Source: Octopus sinensis (lineage: Eukaryota). Taken from it: a stretch of DNA of 64,000 nt. The notes under the pieces are model-generated. The model made no database searches and was not told where the DNA came from. It saw nothing but the letters and a program-made list of their open reading frames with translations. The stretch spans positions 4,526,001 through 4,590,000 of the forward strand of contig NC_043000.1 in NCBI RefSeq assembly GCF_006345805.1, given 5' to 3'. Shown piece by piece: positions 24,773-36,469 of this stretch. Made by a program: the position numbers and the translations under genes. Position 1 is the first letter of the stretch. Every line of letters begins with the position of its first letter.

Positions 24773-25234
24773 CATTCATATATATATATACACATACACA
24801 TATGTATTCACATTTATATATATACATATAAATACATGCACATATGCGTATATATGTATGTTGTATGTATATCACATATATTCAGGTTTCTTCCATCAAC
24901 ACCATATAGTTTTCCTTACACTGAAAGAAATTGCCAAAGAGTTATTTTAAATATTCAGATATTTTGTATTAAAGATACATTTTGTGCAAAACTGGTGGAA
25001 TTTAAATTAGTTTCAATCTGTTGCTATTGCTGCATAAAGTAATAACTAGTCTACAGTGTCACATGTGACCATATTGTGTGTATGTTCACATGAGGGTAGG
25101 GCAATAAGAGGTGTTGTTATTGCCTTTCCCCTACATAAACACGCATAATATTTTTTTGTATGCAAGGCACAAGGCCCAAAATTTATGAACTCGGAATCTT
25201 GTGGTTAGTAGCCCATGCTCTTAACCACTAATAA

Positions 25235-25648
25235 TACTCTTTTACTCTTTTACTCTTTTACTTGTTTCAGTCATTTGACTGCGGCCATTCTGGAGCACCG
25301 CCTTTAGTTGAGCAAATCGACCCCGGGACTTATTCTTTGTAAGCCCAGTACTTATTCTATCGGTCTCTAAGTAACGGGAACATAAACATACCAGCATCGG
25401 TTGTCAAGCAATGCTAAGGGGACAAACACAGACACACAAACACACACACGCATATATATATATATATATATATACATATATACGACAGGCTTCTTTCAGT
25501 TTCCGTCTACCAAATCCACTCACAAGGCTTTGGTTGGCCTGAGGCTATAGTAGAAGACACTTGCCCAAGGTGCCACGCAGTGGGACTGAACCCGGAACCA
25601 TGTGGTTGGTAAACAAGCTACTTACCACACAGCCACTCCTGCGCCTAT
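25235..25648 (-). mobile_element. SINE family A, full length
   Basis: Head-to-tail match with a (taaaagag)n tail. Confidence 0.85.
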
Positions 25649-26436
25649 ATCCATCAAATGTAAATAATGTAAACAACAAAAAACTCTTATATAGTGAGAA
25701 GTAGCTCTAACTTCCCTACAACAAGAAATCTGTTCCTATACTTTTAGATCATACTTTCGTTTCGCAATACCTAGCATAAAACGACCACACCCTCTCTACT
25801 ATACTCCCACTTAGCTGAGGGGTCTCTTTGACCTTGCGAGTTACATGGTAACCTCACTAGATGTGATACCATGGAAAATGCACACACGGTCTGCTGCAAA
25901 ATGTTTGGTGTTAAGAAGGGCAACCGACTGGAGAAACCATGCAGAAGCAGACATTGAAAGCATGATGACCCGTCAGATCCTATTGAACAATCCTTCCAAT
26001 GCCAGCATGGAAGTTAGATGTTAAATTATGATGAAGAAAGACACACACACACACACACACAAACACACACTCACACTCACACACACACTTACACATACAC
26101 ATTGTTGATACTCCTTTCTTTTATCCTTTTATTTGTTTCAGTCATTTGACTGCAGCCATGCTGGAGCACTGCCTTTAGTTGAACAAATTGATCCCAGGAC
26201 TTATTCTTTTGTAAGCCCAGTATTATTTTATTGGGTCTTTTGCCAAACTTCTAAGTTATGGGGATGTAAAAACACCAACATCGTGGGGGAACAAACACAG
26301 ACACACAAACATATATATGTACGATGGGCTTCTTTCAGTTTCCATCTACCAAATCCACTCACAAGGTTTTAGTCAGCCTGAGGTGCCACATAGTGGGAAT
26401 GAACCCAGTACCATGTGGCTGGTAAGCAAGCTACTT

Positions 26437-26868
26437 TATTTCATAAAACTTTGCCACAAAGGCGTTACAGAGAGGGGACAAACAAGGACAGACAAGCATA
26501 AAACTGGTGAAGTAGCTTTTACGAATGAATTGAAATTATCATGAACATTTTTTTGAAAGTTTACAAAAATATTGATAGACACTGTTTTACACAATATGGT
26601 GCCTGAAGGAAAGGCGTCAAACCACCAGGTTAGAACCTATGCTTTTTTTCCGGGGCTCCATTTACTTGGTGCCAATCACTTCCAGCTTTCTTATTACAAG
26701 CTTCCATCTTTTTACAAATCTGTCTCGTGACAGGTACCTTTTCTCCAGCCTGATCTTACTATTGAGGTGGTAACTAAAAAAGTTGACCAACCCCTGGCCG
26801 GATACAAAGGTACTCGTCACTATTCCTTTCACACATGTATTCCATACCGTTTCTTTTAATACGGCTAC
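26437..26868 (-). mobile_element. 5'-truncated Tx1/L1-like LINE inserted in a SINE A head
   Basis: 10-bp TSD caagctactt (26427-26436, 26869-26878); VAVLKETVWNT..KG..FFSYHLNSKIRLEKRYLSRDRFVKRW resembles Tx1 ORF2 C-termini; clade call from memory. Confidence 0.65.
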
Positions 26869-27069
26869 CAAGCTACTTACCACACAGCCACTCCTGCGCC
26901 CTATCATAGGAATTTTATAAATTTTTGAGAGAATGTGAAATAATTCCTTGTTTGGAATAATATCCTTGAAGCACATCACATACATCTATAAAGAATAGCA
27001 TATAAATATTGGGTTGATTCTCTTATCCAATGCAGTTTTTCAAACCAATACTTGCAAGCTATTCTTTAA

Positions 27070-27241
27070 CCCTTTTGTTACCAACCCGGCTGAAACCAGC
27101 TCTGGCCCTGTAGTACAAATGTCTTGTTTTCAAAAGTTCTGAATTAAAATCTTCCACCAAACCTTAATCAACAATTTATGTTCCTAACACTAACTTAATG
27201 ATAACTAAGTTATTTTACTAAATTCTTTGTTATATTTAAAA
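27070..27241 (+). mobile_element. piggyBac-like MITE, truncated by a Helitron insertion
   Basis: TTAA then CCCTTTT; matches the 5845 family up to ttatatttaaa. Confidence 0.7.
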
Positions 27242-27431
27242 CTAGCAGTATAACCCGGCCTTGCCCGGGATTAAGTTACAATTATTAAGCTAATCAAGTT
27301 CTTTATTTCAAACCAAAGTAATATCAACGTCAAATTTGGGCAAAATCCGTTGAAATTGGTTATATTATATATATATAATATAATATAAATATATATGGGC
27401 AACAGACACGAACACACATGTATGTACATAG
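27242..27431 (-). mobile_element. Short non-autonomous Helitron
   Basis: - strand ends in hairpin cccgggcaaggccggg followed by CTAG then T; internal caaatttgggcaaaatccg similar to the 14.1-kb element. Confidence 0.65.
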
Positions 27432-27434
27432 TAT

Positions 27435-30400
27435 CCCTCCTCCAAAAGGATGGCTCCCTCACAGACAGTCCAACTAAGATCAGTGAGATGCTGAATGACC
27501 AGTTCAAAAGTGTCTTTATCACCCCGTTGGAATACAGACAAGTGAACAAACCAGTGGACTTCTTTGCCGCCTCACCTATAACCAGCGAGGCGGTTACAAT
27601 AGAATGTATTGACATTAGCGAAAAAGATGTCCTACTAGCCATAGATGAAGTGGACACAAACTCAGCTGCTGGTCCAGATAGCTTGAGGAAAATAACTTGC
27701 TGAGTGATACCCAGCATGGTTTTCGACCAGGTAGGAGCTGCCTGACCCAGCTCTTACAACATTATGACTGGGTGTTGAGGCAGTTACTCAACAAATCAAA
27801 TGTGGACGTAATCTACCTTGATTTTGCAAAAGCTTTTGACAAGGTGGATCATGGTATGATATGCCACAAACTGCGTGACCTCGGCATAGCTGGAAAACTT
27901 GGAGTGTGGTTGCATGACTTCCTGAAAGATAGGAGTCAGGCAGTAGTGGTTAATGGAGCCACCTCTATGAACACACAAATAGTGAACGGTGTTCCACAGA
28001 GCACTGTCTTGGGACCACTGCTTTTTATAGTGGCCCTCTCAGATTTGCCCTCAAATGCCCGGATAGCCACTCTGGCCAGTTATGCAGACGATACGAAAGT
28101 CTCGCAGAAAATACAGAATCCCAGCGACGTTGCACACCTGCAGCACGAGTTGGACTCAATCTACAGATGGGCTGAGGATAATAATATGCAGTTTAATGCT
28201 GAAAAATTCCAGGCCCTGCGCTACCAGCATCCAAAACTGAATATTAAACTTACAGGATACACCGGTCCACAGGGAATTTCGGTTAATATAGGGCGTTACG
28301 ATTATAGAAAAAAAAAAAAAATGTGTGTAATAGGTGTAAAACAACTTCCTATGAACGAATATGAAAAAAAAAATTCGCGCACGCGAAAGGGGGGTGGGGG
28401 AGAGGCCTCGGAAAATTCACATCGAGAAGTTCCGAAAGCGTCTGAGGAGCTGACCCGGGCACCAAAACAAAAAAAATAGTGTAATATGTGTAAAACAACT
28501 TGCTCTAAACGAATATGACAAAAAAAATGCGCTCTCGCGAAAGAGGGGTGGGGGAGAAGCCTCGGAAAATTTATATCGGGAATTTCCGAAAGCGTCTGAA
28601 CCGGGCACAAAAACAAAAACAAAAACAGCGTAATAGGTGTAAAACAACTTGCTCTAAACGACTATCATGAAAAAAATGCGCGCTCGCGAAAGGGGGATGG
28701 GGGAGAGGCTTCGGAAATTTCACATCTTCAGTCCACGGCCTTTAAACTAAGAAAAAATAGTGTAATTGGTGTAAAACTACTTGTTCTAAACGAGTATCAA
28801 GAACACACACTCACATATGAATCATAAACTCCGTATTTTTGTACATAATTCGCAAAAAAAAAAAAAAATAAAGAGAAGAAATTCTGGAAAAAGTGAAGAA
28901 ATGTTGGATCTCATTCCTTGGTTAAAGCTATTTTAAACATTAAATTTATGCTTTTCTTTGAAATAGTTCAGATATATGCAATTCTTCTCACTTATTAAGA
29001 TGCATTTATCAGAAAAAAAAGAGAAAAAAATATATTATTTTGTGTCAATCCTTCCCTAATTATCCTTTATTAATTAGTTTTGGCGTGTATTTTTTTCCCA
29101 AATTTATTTTTTCACCTTTACAACACTGTTTAGTAAAGCAATTAATTATCTTTATAATTTGCATATTTGACTTATTAATCAAAATTCTCTAGATGTAATA
29201 TATACTAAGTAATGCATCCTTCATTTATGTGTTCCGTTCTGTATTATGCATGCGTGACTGTTTGTATGTAAGTGTGTTTAACTGTGCCATGAATGTGAAT
29301 ATTAAAGAACATATTTATTTACTATGATTGTTATTTTCAGAACAAAAAATCTTTTGGCTGTTATGTTATTGATGTTATTATTATTGCTAGTTAAAGGGTG
29401 GTGACTTGGCTGAATATTTTGAGTCTTGTAGTATGTAGTTGTGTTAGTCAATATTCTGAGTTCAAATCCAACTCATTCTTTATCATCATTATCGATGGAC
29501 CACTCAAAGAGGTATGTATACATTATCATTTTCGTAACATAATTTCTGTAGTATTTCAAGATGTTTCTAACACGTATTTTGATTCACATGGCGAAGATCC
29601 AACATTTCTTCACTTTTTCCAGAATTTCTTCTCTTTATTTTTTTTTTTTTTTGCGAAATATGAGTTTATGATTCATATGTGAGTGTGTGTTCTTGATACT
29701 CGTTTAGAACAAGTAGTTTTACACCAATTACACTATTTTTTCTTAGTTTAAAGGCCGTGGACTGAAGATGTGAAATTTCCGAAGCCTCTCCCCCACCCCC
29801 CTTTCGCGAGCGCGCATTTTTTTCATGATAGTCGTTTAGAGCAAGTTGTTTTACACCTATTACGCTGTTTTTGTTTTTGTTTTTGTGCCCGGTTCAGACG
29901 CTTTCGGAAATTCCCGATATAAATTTTCCGAGGCCTCTCCCCCACACCTCTTTCGCGAGTGCGAATTTTTTTTGTCATATTCGTTTAGAGCAAGTTGTTT
30001 TACACATATTACACTATTTTTTTTGTTGTTTTGGTGCCCGGGTCAGCTCCTCAGACGCTTTCGGAACTTCTCGATGTGAATTTTCCGAGGCCTCTCCCCC
30101 ACCCCCCTTTCGCGTGCGCGAATTTTTTTTTTCATATTCGTTCATAGGAAGTTGTTTTACACCTATTACACACATTTTTTTTTATTTTCTGATAATCGTA
30201 ACGCCCTATATTAACCGGAATTTCAATCCCAGAGCATAAGTCTGTGAGGGACCTGGGTATCGACATGAGTGATGATACCTCTTTCCAAGTGCACATTACC
30301 AGGATGGCGACAAAGTGCAGACGACTGGCTGGGTGGATCCTAAGAACATTCAGAACCAGAGATAAGGTAACCATGATGGTCCTCTGGCGGACATTCGTCC

Positions 30401-31005
30401 TCAGCCGCCTGGATTACTGCTCACAGCTATGGTCACCCACCAGTGTAAAATTAATAGCGGACCTTGAAGCAATCCAGAGAAGATTCACAAAGAAGATCGT
30501 CTCTTTGCAACTGCTCAGCTACTGGGAAAGGTTAAAACAGCGAAGACTCTACTCCATGGAGAGAAGATGGGAGAGGTATGCAGTAATATATGTCTGGAAG
30601 ATCCTGGAATGAATTGTGCCAAATTTTGGCATTGTAAGCTACACTAATGCTAGAACGAGACGACGCTGCATAGTGCCAAAAATCCCAGCAATGCCATCAC
30701 GCTTCAGGACCAGCTTCTGCAACAGCCTGGGTTTCAAGGGCCCACAGCTTTTTAATATTCTCCCAAAGAGTCTGAGGAACTTGCACAAAGTAGATGTAGC
30801 GATTTTAAAATCAAAGCTGGACATCTTCCTATCGAGAGTCTCAGATGAACCTACCTCACGGCAAGAGGTGCAAATGAGAGTAGCTATATCAAACTCCATA
30901 CTTCATCAAGTGCCACATATTAGACGAGGTTCTTCACAATAACAGTGTAGCACAAAACGGCGGTGCATCAGCATGGCCGCAGCTCTGAGCTGAAAGTAGA
31001 TAAAG
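27435..31005 (+). mobile_element. 5'-truncated CR1-clade LINE (RT and C-terminus), inactivated and split by a DNA element
   Basis: QHGFRPGRSCLTQLL, YLDFAKAFDKVDH, GVPQSTVLGPLLF, YADDTK, RDLGI, LDYCSQLWSP, LEAIQRRFTK; internal deletion near 27680 (GPD joined to LEENNLLSDTQHG); stop at 30610-30612. Confidence 0.95.
28281..30216. mobile_element. Non-autonomous foldback DNA transposon, ~625-bp TIRs, 8-bp TSD
   Basis: TSD ggaatttc at 28273-28280 and 30217-30224; TIRs 28281-28911 and 29595-30216 begin GGTTAATATAGGGCG; removal restores CR1 frame GPQGISIPEHKSVRDLG. Confidence 0.9.
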
Positions 31006-31013
31006 AAAAAGAC

Positions 31014-31557
31014 AATTTTTCAAAAATTTTGGGGAAAATTTTCAAAAACTTTTCGAAAATTTTGGGGAAAATCAAGAACATTTCAGAAATTTTGGGGAAA
31101 ATTTTCGAAAAACTTTTTTTAAATTTTAGACGAAAATTTTCAAAAAATTTTTCTAAAATCTTTGGAAAATTTTTAGCAAAAAGTTTTCAAAATTTTTCCC
31201 GAAGATTTTAAAAAATTTCTCGAAAATTTTACCCAAAATTTTTCGAAAAGTATTTGGGTAAAATTTTCCCCAAAATTCGGTGAAAATTTTCGGAAAACTT
31301 TTGGGTAAAATTTTCGGTGAAAGTTTTCGAAAAAGTTTTGGGGAAAATTTTCGGTGAAAATTTTCGAAAAGTTTTTGGGGAAAATTTTCTGTGAAAATTT
31401 TCGAAAAATTTTTATGTAAAAGTTTCAGTGAAAATTTTCGAAAAATGTTTGGGTAAAATTTTCGGAAAATTTTTGGGGAAAGTTTCGGGAAAAATTTTGA
31501 AAAGTTTTTGGTGAAAAATTTTGAATAACTTTTGGTGAAGAATTTTTCAATTTTTCA
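31014..31557. repeat. Degenerate A/T-tract tandem array (~12-bp period, ~37-bp super-unit)
   Basis: Recurrent gaaaattttc / ggggaaaattttcggtgaaaattttcgaaaaagtttt. Confidence 0.85.
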
Positions 31558-31559
31558 AA

Positions 31560-31712
31560 CCCTGAGATTTGTTAATGGACATGGCAGAGCTAACACGAAG
31601 GGGGAATTGCAGTTTTCTGAATGTAAATGGAATTTCTGCTCCTGATGGAGTAAGAGGAATTCTTGGAATAAAGACGTCATCACCTTTTCCACATCCAGAA
31701 AGAATGATCGCC
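31560..31712 (-). pseudogene. Helitron Pif1-like helicase fragment, different family from 14.6-15 kb
   Basis: AIILSGCGKGDDVFIPRIPLTPSGAEIPFTFRKLQFPLRVSSAMSINKSQG. Confidence 0.9.
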
Positions 31713-31830
31713 TATCTTCCCAGTTAACCTTCCTTTGATATTGCTGCACCTTTTGTGTCCATAGCTTATACTGGGTACATCTTGTAGAGTTTCTACCTAC
31801 ACCTTTTCTACAGATCGAGCAGGGCCATCT
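31713..31830 (-). pseudogene. RTE-like LINE C-terminal Cys-rich fragment
   Basis: PSGRWPCSICRKGVGRNSTRCTQYKLWT then frameshift to ...IKGRLTGKI. Confidence 0.65.
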
Positions 31831-31878
31831 ACCTGAAGGTTATATACACATATATATACATATATATATATACATATA

Positions 31879-32262
31879 TAGGCGCGGGAGTGGCTGTGTG
31901 GTAAGTAGCTTGCTAACCAACCACATGGTTGCGTGGCATCTTGGGCAAGTGTCTTCTGCTATAGCCCCGGGCCGACCAATGCCTTGTGAGTGGATTTGGT
32001 AGACGGAAACTGAAAGAAGCCTATCGTATATATGTATATATATATGTATGCGTGTGTGTTTGTGTGTCTGTGTTTGTCCCCCTAGCATTGCTTGTCAACT
32101 GATGCTGGTGTGTTTACGTCCCCGTCACTTAGTGGTTCGGCAAAAAGAGACCGATAGAATAAGTACTGGGCTTACAAAGAATAAGTCCCGGGATCGAGTT
32201 GCTCGACTAAAGGTGGTGCTCCAGTTTGGCCGCAGTCAAATGACTGAAACAAGTAAAAGAAG
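31879..32262 (+). mobile_element. SINE family A
   Basis: Head-to-tail match with a small head deletion. Confidence 0.85.
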
Positions 32263-32394
32263 AAAAAGAAAAAATGTGTATGAGTATATGTGTGTGTGTG
32301 TGTGTGTGTGTATACATGTATAAAAAAAAAACCAGTAAAAAGACAACATGAAAAAACAACAATGTGAGGACTGTTCTTCGGACAGTTTTTAACA

Positions 32395-32438
32395 AAGCTG
32401 TTCGACGAACGGGAACGGGAAACTCTGAGTAACAGCTT
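32395..32438 (+). ncRNA. Degenerate minimal hammerhead motif in a short microsatellite-flanked element (~32310-32470)
   Basis: aagctgt-TCGACGA-acg-ggaa-cgg-GAAA-ctc-t-gag-TA-acagctt: 7-bp stem I and palindromic stem III ACTC-T-GAGT; core reads TC instead of CT. Confidence 0.5.
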
Positions 32439-32936
32439 TTGTTACATTTCTGCTGCTTTTAAATAAAGCATATATATATATACATCATTCATACAAAATT
32501 GACCCTATACCATCAAAATTATGTCAAGATCAAATGAAAAACTAATCAAGTGGAAATTTTTCTTGATACCCTGCTTTATTCAATGTCATTCCTAATGATA
32601 TTTAAGAATTAAAAGTCGATCACAAAACTTCTCTCCTGATTGAACCTGAATAAATTCATCAAAACAAAGTTTTAACACTTGGATATGTTCCTACACACAA
32701 CAACTGGTTATGTGAATGAGAAATGGAGTCTTAATGATCGTGTAACAGCTGCCATTGATATATTAACATGGGCATTACTAATTAGTTAATGCAGATTTTT
32801 GTAATGAATTAAATAAGACAGGTTTTATTAATGACTGAATGCATCGCATACAGTTAACGCAACTGGTGCTTGGAAGTAGTGCAGCTTTTAACATAAGTGG
32901 TAATAAATTATCACTGTTAATATGTAGTGCTAAGGA

Positions 32937-32939
<3 letters not shown>

Positions 32940-32982
<43 letters not shown>

Positions 32983-33400
32983 GTTTAACGTCCACTTTCC
33001 TTGCTAGCATGGGTTGGACGATTTGACTGAGGTCTGGTGAACCAGATGGCTGCACCAGGCTCCAATCTGATCTGGCAGAGTTTCTACAGCTGGATGCTCT
33101 TCCTAACACCAACCATTCCGAGAGTGTAGTGGGTGCTTTTATGTGCCACTGGTACGAGGGCCAGTCAGGCGGTACTGGCAATGGCCATGCTCAATTGGTG
33201 CTTTTTATGTGCCACCTGCACAGGAGCCAGTCCAGTGGTACTGGCAACAATCTTGCTCGAATGTTTTTTCACGTGCCACCAGCACAAGTGCCAGTAAGGC
33301 AAGGCGACACAGGTAATAATCATGCCAGCTTGTTGCTCTGGCAATGATCTCACTCGTATGGTACTCTTAGCGCTCCACTAGCACGGATGCCAGTCATCGA
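32940..33400 (-). mobile_element. SINE family B
   Basis: (CAT)n tail, RTE-type tail and ~50-bp modules. Confidence 0.8.
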
Positions 33401-33682
33401 AATAGAATGGAGAATAGAAATGTAAAAAGAAATTAGGAATAAAAAATATTTTTTAGAAAAGGGATAAAAGCATAAGAGTGTAAGAAGAGGGAGGAATTTA
33501 AGCAAGGTTATTTGACTGGTAGTATTCAATAGCCCTATTTTGCCTTTCATCCAATCAGGGTCGATAAATTAAGTACAAATTGCTAATTGGGATCAATCTA
33601 ATCAACTACCTCCCTCCCCAAAAATTCCGGGCCTTGTGCATAGAATAGAAAAGTATTCAATAGCTCTAATGAATACTATCAG

Positions 33683-34095
33683 CATTTGTCTTATGAAGAA
33701 AGGCTGAAGACGCTCGACCTTTATTCTCTAGAAAAACGACGACGCCGTGCTGATCTCATTCTCACTCACAACATCATAAGCGGAAAGTGTAACCTCTCGA
33801 AAGAGCTGTTCTTCACTCCTGCTCCAGAGCGTCGGCTGCGGGGTCACTCCAAAAAGCTCTATCTGCGACGATTTCATCTCAATCGAAGGAGAGAGGCTTT
33901 CTCCGTCCGGGTTGCGGATCCGTGGAATAAGCTGCCGGACAAGATAGTGAAGATGCTGACGACTGCTCGGTTCAAAGTCTCTCTTGACCAGAAATGGCCT
34001 GAACTCTTTGCATGAACACCCCTCGCTTGGATATTTACCATTTCTGAGGTTCTGCTCACTATGAAAGATTTGTAGCCTAGATCTTACCTCTTGTA
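33683..34095 (+). mobile_element. CR1 LINE 3' fragment with (CATA)n tail
   Basis: SYEERLKTLDLYSLEKRRRRADLI...LRGHSKKL...FSVRVADPWNKLP. Confidence 0.9.
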
Positions 34096-34139
34096 TACAT
34101 ACATACATACATACATACATACATACATACATACATACA

Positions 34140-34205
<66 letters not shown>

Positions 34206-34250
34206 TATAATAATACTAATAATAATAATATAATAATAATAATAATAATA

Positions 34251-34294
<44 letters not shown>

Positions 34295-34297
<3 letters not shown>

Positions 34298-34851
34298 GCC
34301 CTGATGCAGTACCAGGCAGTGGCTCTCATGGCTTCTGATCTTAACTGATTGGAAGTGTTATCATGTACATTGTTTTGTCTTGGTATAAAAGATGGGCTAC
34401 AGCAAATATTCTGCTCAATACCACAGATTTGCTTGCCAGTTGTTTGGCCTTAACCAGTTGAGCATGTCCCTTAGTGGCTGACGATATGTGCATCTCTGAT
34501 CACGAGCAGAAGTAGTGGGGGAGCATCATGGTCATGTATTGAGAGGGATTCTTTGGGGTTTGAATAATTCACCTCTGGAAACATAGGTGTTTCGTTCAAC
34601 ATCCTAAAGCAACCCTTATTCAGGGACCTTTTGAGCAGGATGGGCTACTCAACCTGAAGAAAATTCTAACTGGGCCCCACCTGCAAGGTCATGTGCTGTT
34701 TATCTTGATATAAGATCACTATGTCGCGCACATATGGTTGTGATGCATGTGCCTAGTGTACCTTTATCAGACGGGTAGTCATGATGGGTATATTGGGCTT
34801 CGTATATTTTACCCCAGTGTCACTTTGATGGCATGAACTGCTCTCTCACTC
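34295..34851. mobile_element. ~555-bp interspersed element embedded in a (TAA)n array
   Basis: Long (TAA)n on both sides (34208-34293 and 34852-34924); no ORF. Confidence 0.55.
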
Positions 34852-34914
<63 letters not shown>

Positions 34915-35214
34915 TAATAATAATAGGGAATATAATTCTAAACTTACAGGGAATATTCAATTTAGCAATTCTAAATCAAATTTCACAATATATAATATAT
35001 GTATATAATTTAGAGAAAACCACTTATTAAACAATCCAATAATATGTAATTATGAAATACTATTTACTATTTACTATTTATTGATTTTATACTTTATTGA
35101 TTTTTATAATAAGGTTTTTATAGTTTATGTTTTCTATATGATGTGAATAACATCTTTCTTTATTGAATTGTTTAATAAAGGTTTTTCTCTCAATTATATA
35201 CATATAGATACACA

Positions 35215-35290
<76 letters not shown>

Positions 35291-35544
35291 CCATATACAC
35301 ATATATAAAGATCCAAATTGAGGGATTAGAACAGGTAAAATTCAGACTGCTCAAAGTTTACAAACTTCCTATACTTAGATTGTAGTATCTCATAATTACA
35401 TACACACATACACACACACACAAACATGACTATCATCATCATCATCATCAACATATATATATATATAGACCCCAGTTGAACCGTCCAACCCATGCTAGCA
35501 TGGAGAACGGACGCTAAATGATGATGATGATGATGATGATATTG

Positions 35545-35586
<42 letters not shown>

Positions 35587-36469
35587 ATACATATACATAT
35601 AAATATACATATATGCACAAACAAATTGAACTATACACACAAACACATATTGACAGGCACACAGCTTAGAAAGCAGATACACACATATCCATGTGATATT
35701 TTGTCACAACACACACACATGCACAGATATACATACATTCAAGCTGTGAAATACATGCAGTCATATCCAACTTCACCCTCTTATCCACACGTACGTATAT
35801 TCGTAGAGGCTGCGTCATTAACATTAATCACTTTTAACAAATTGCTGCAGTAATTTAGTAAAGAAAGCTATGGAGAAGATGGCGGTGGTGGTGACAGTGA
35901 TGGCAGCGAGGATGGGGATGGTGGAGGGTGGGGAAGGGCTATTGATTTAATTTTTAATTTAATGTTAGTCATTAGTATAGTGTTGACATCTTTACACTAC
36001 TAATTAATGCAACAACAACAACAACAACAACAACAATGTTATCTTGAGCAAATGAAGGATCTTCAATGTGGTTGCTCAATAATGCTGAAAATAGCAGTCA
36101 AACCACACTGAAATCGCACCGCTACTATCTTACAAAAAGAAGGGTATGTTGGATAATGTGGGTAAGACAGGATGGTCATGGATGAAATGCTTTTGACCAT
36201 AAATCTGCTGGATCAGGATGAACCCTGACTAATTAACAACAATATTGCCTTTTATATAGGTAAAATTTGCCAGTTAAAAACACAAGAGACTATTTTTGTG
36301 GCCACTTAATAGATCTAGACCAGGGTTTCCTAATCTGTGGTTGCCAATCCCCACTGGGAAGCAGGGGTTGCAAAACCTTGGCAGTGGGGGTCACAAAGCC
36401 TTGGCAGGAGGTTTGTGCAGCCTTGCTAGAAGTGACTTGGGATAATATTAATTTCAACTCATCAATCAT

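Noticed and set aside
27697-28479. 260-aa RT ORF as an active retrotransposon
   Set aside because: It is 5'-truncated, has an internal deletion, is split by a 1.9-kb insertion and has a downstream stop. The ORF tail reads into the inserted TIR.
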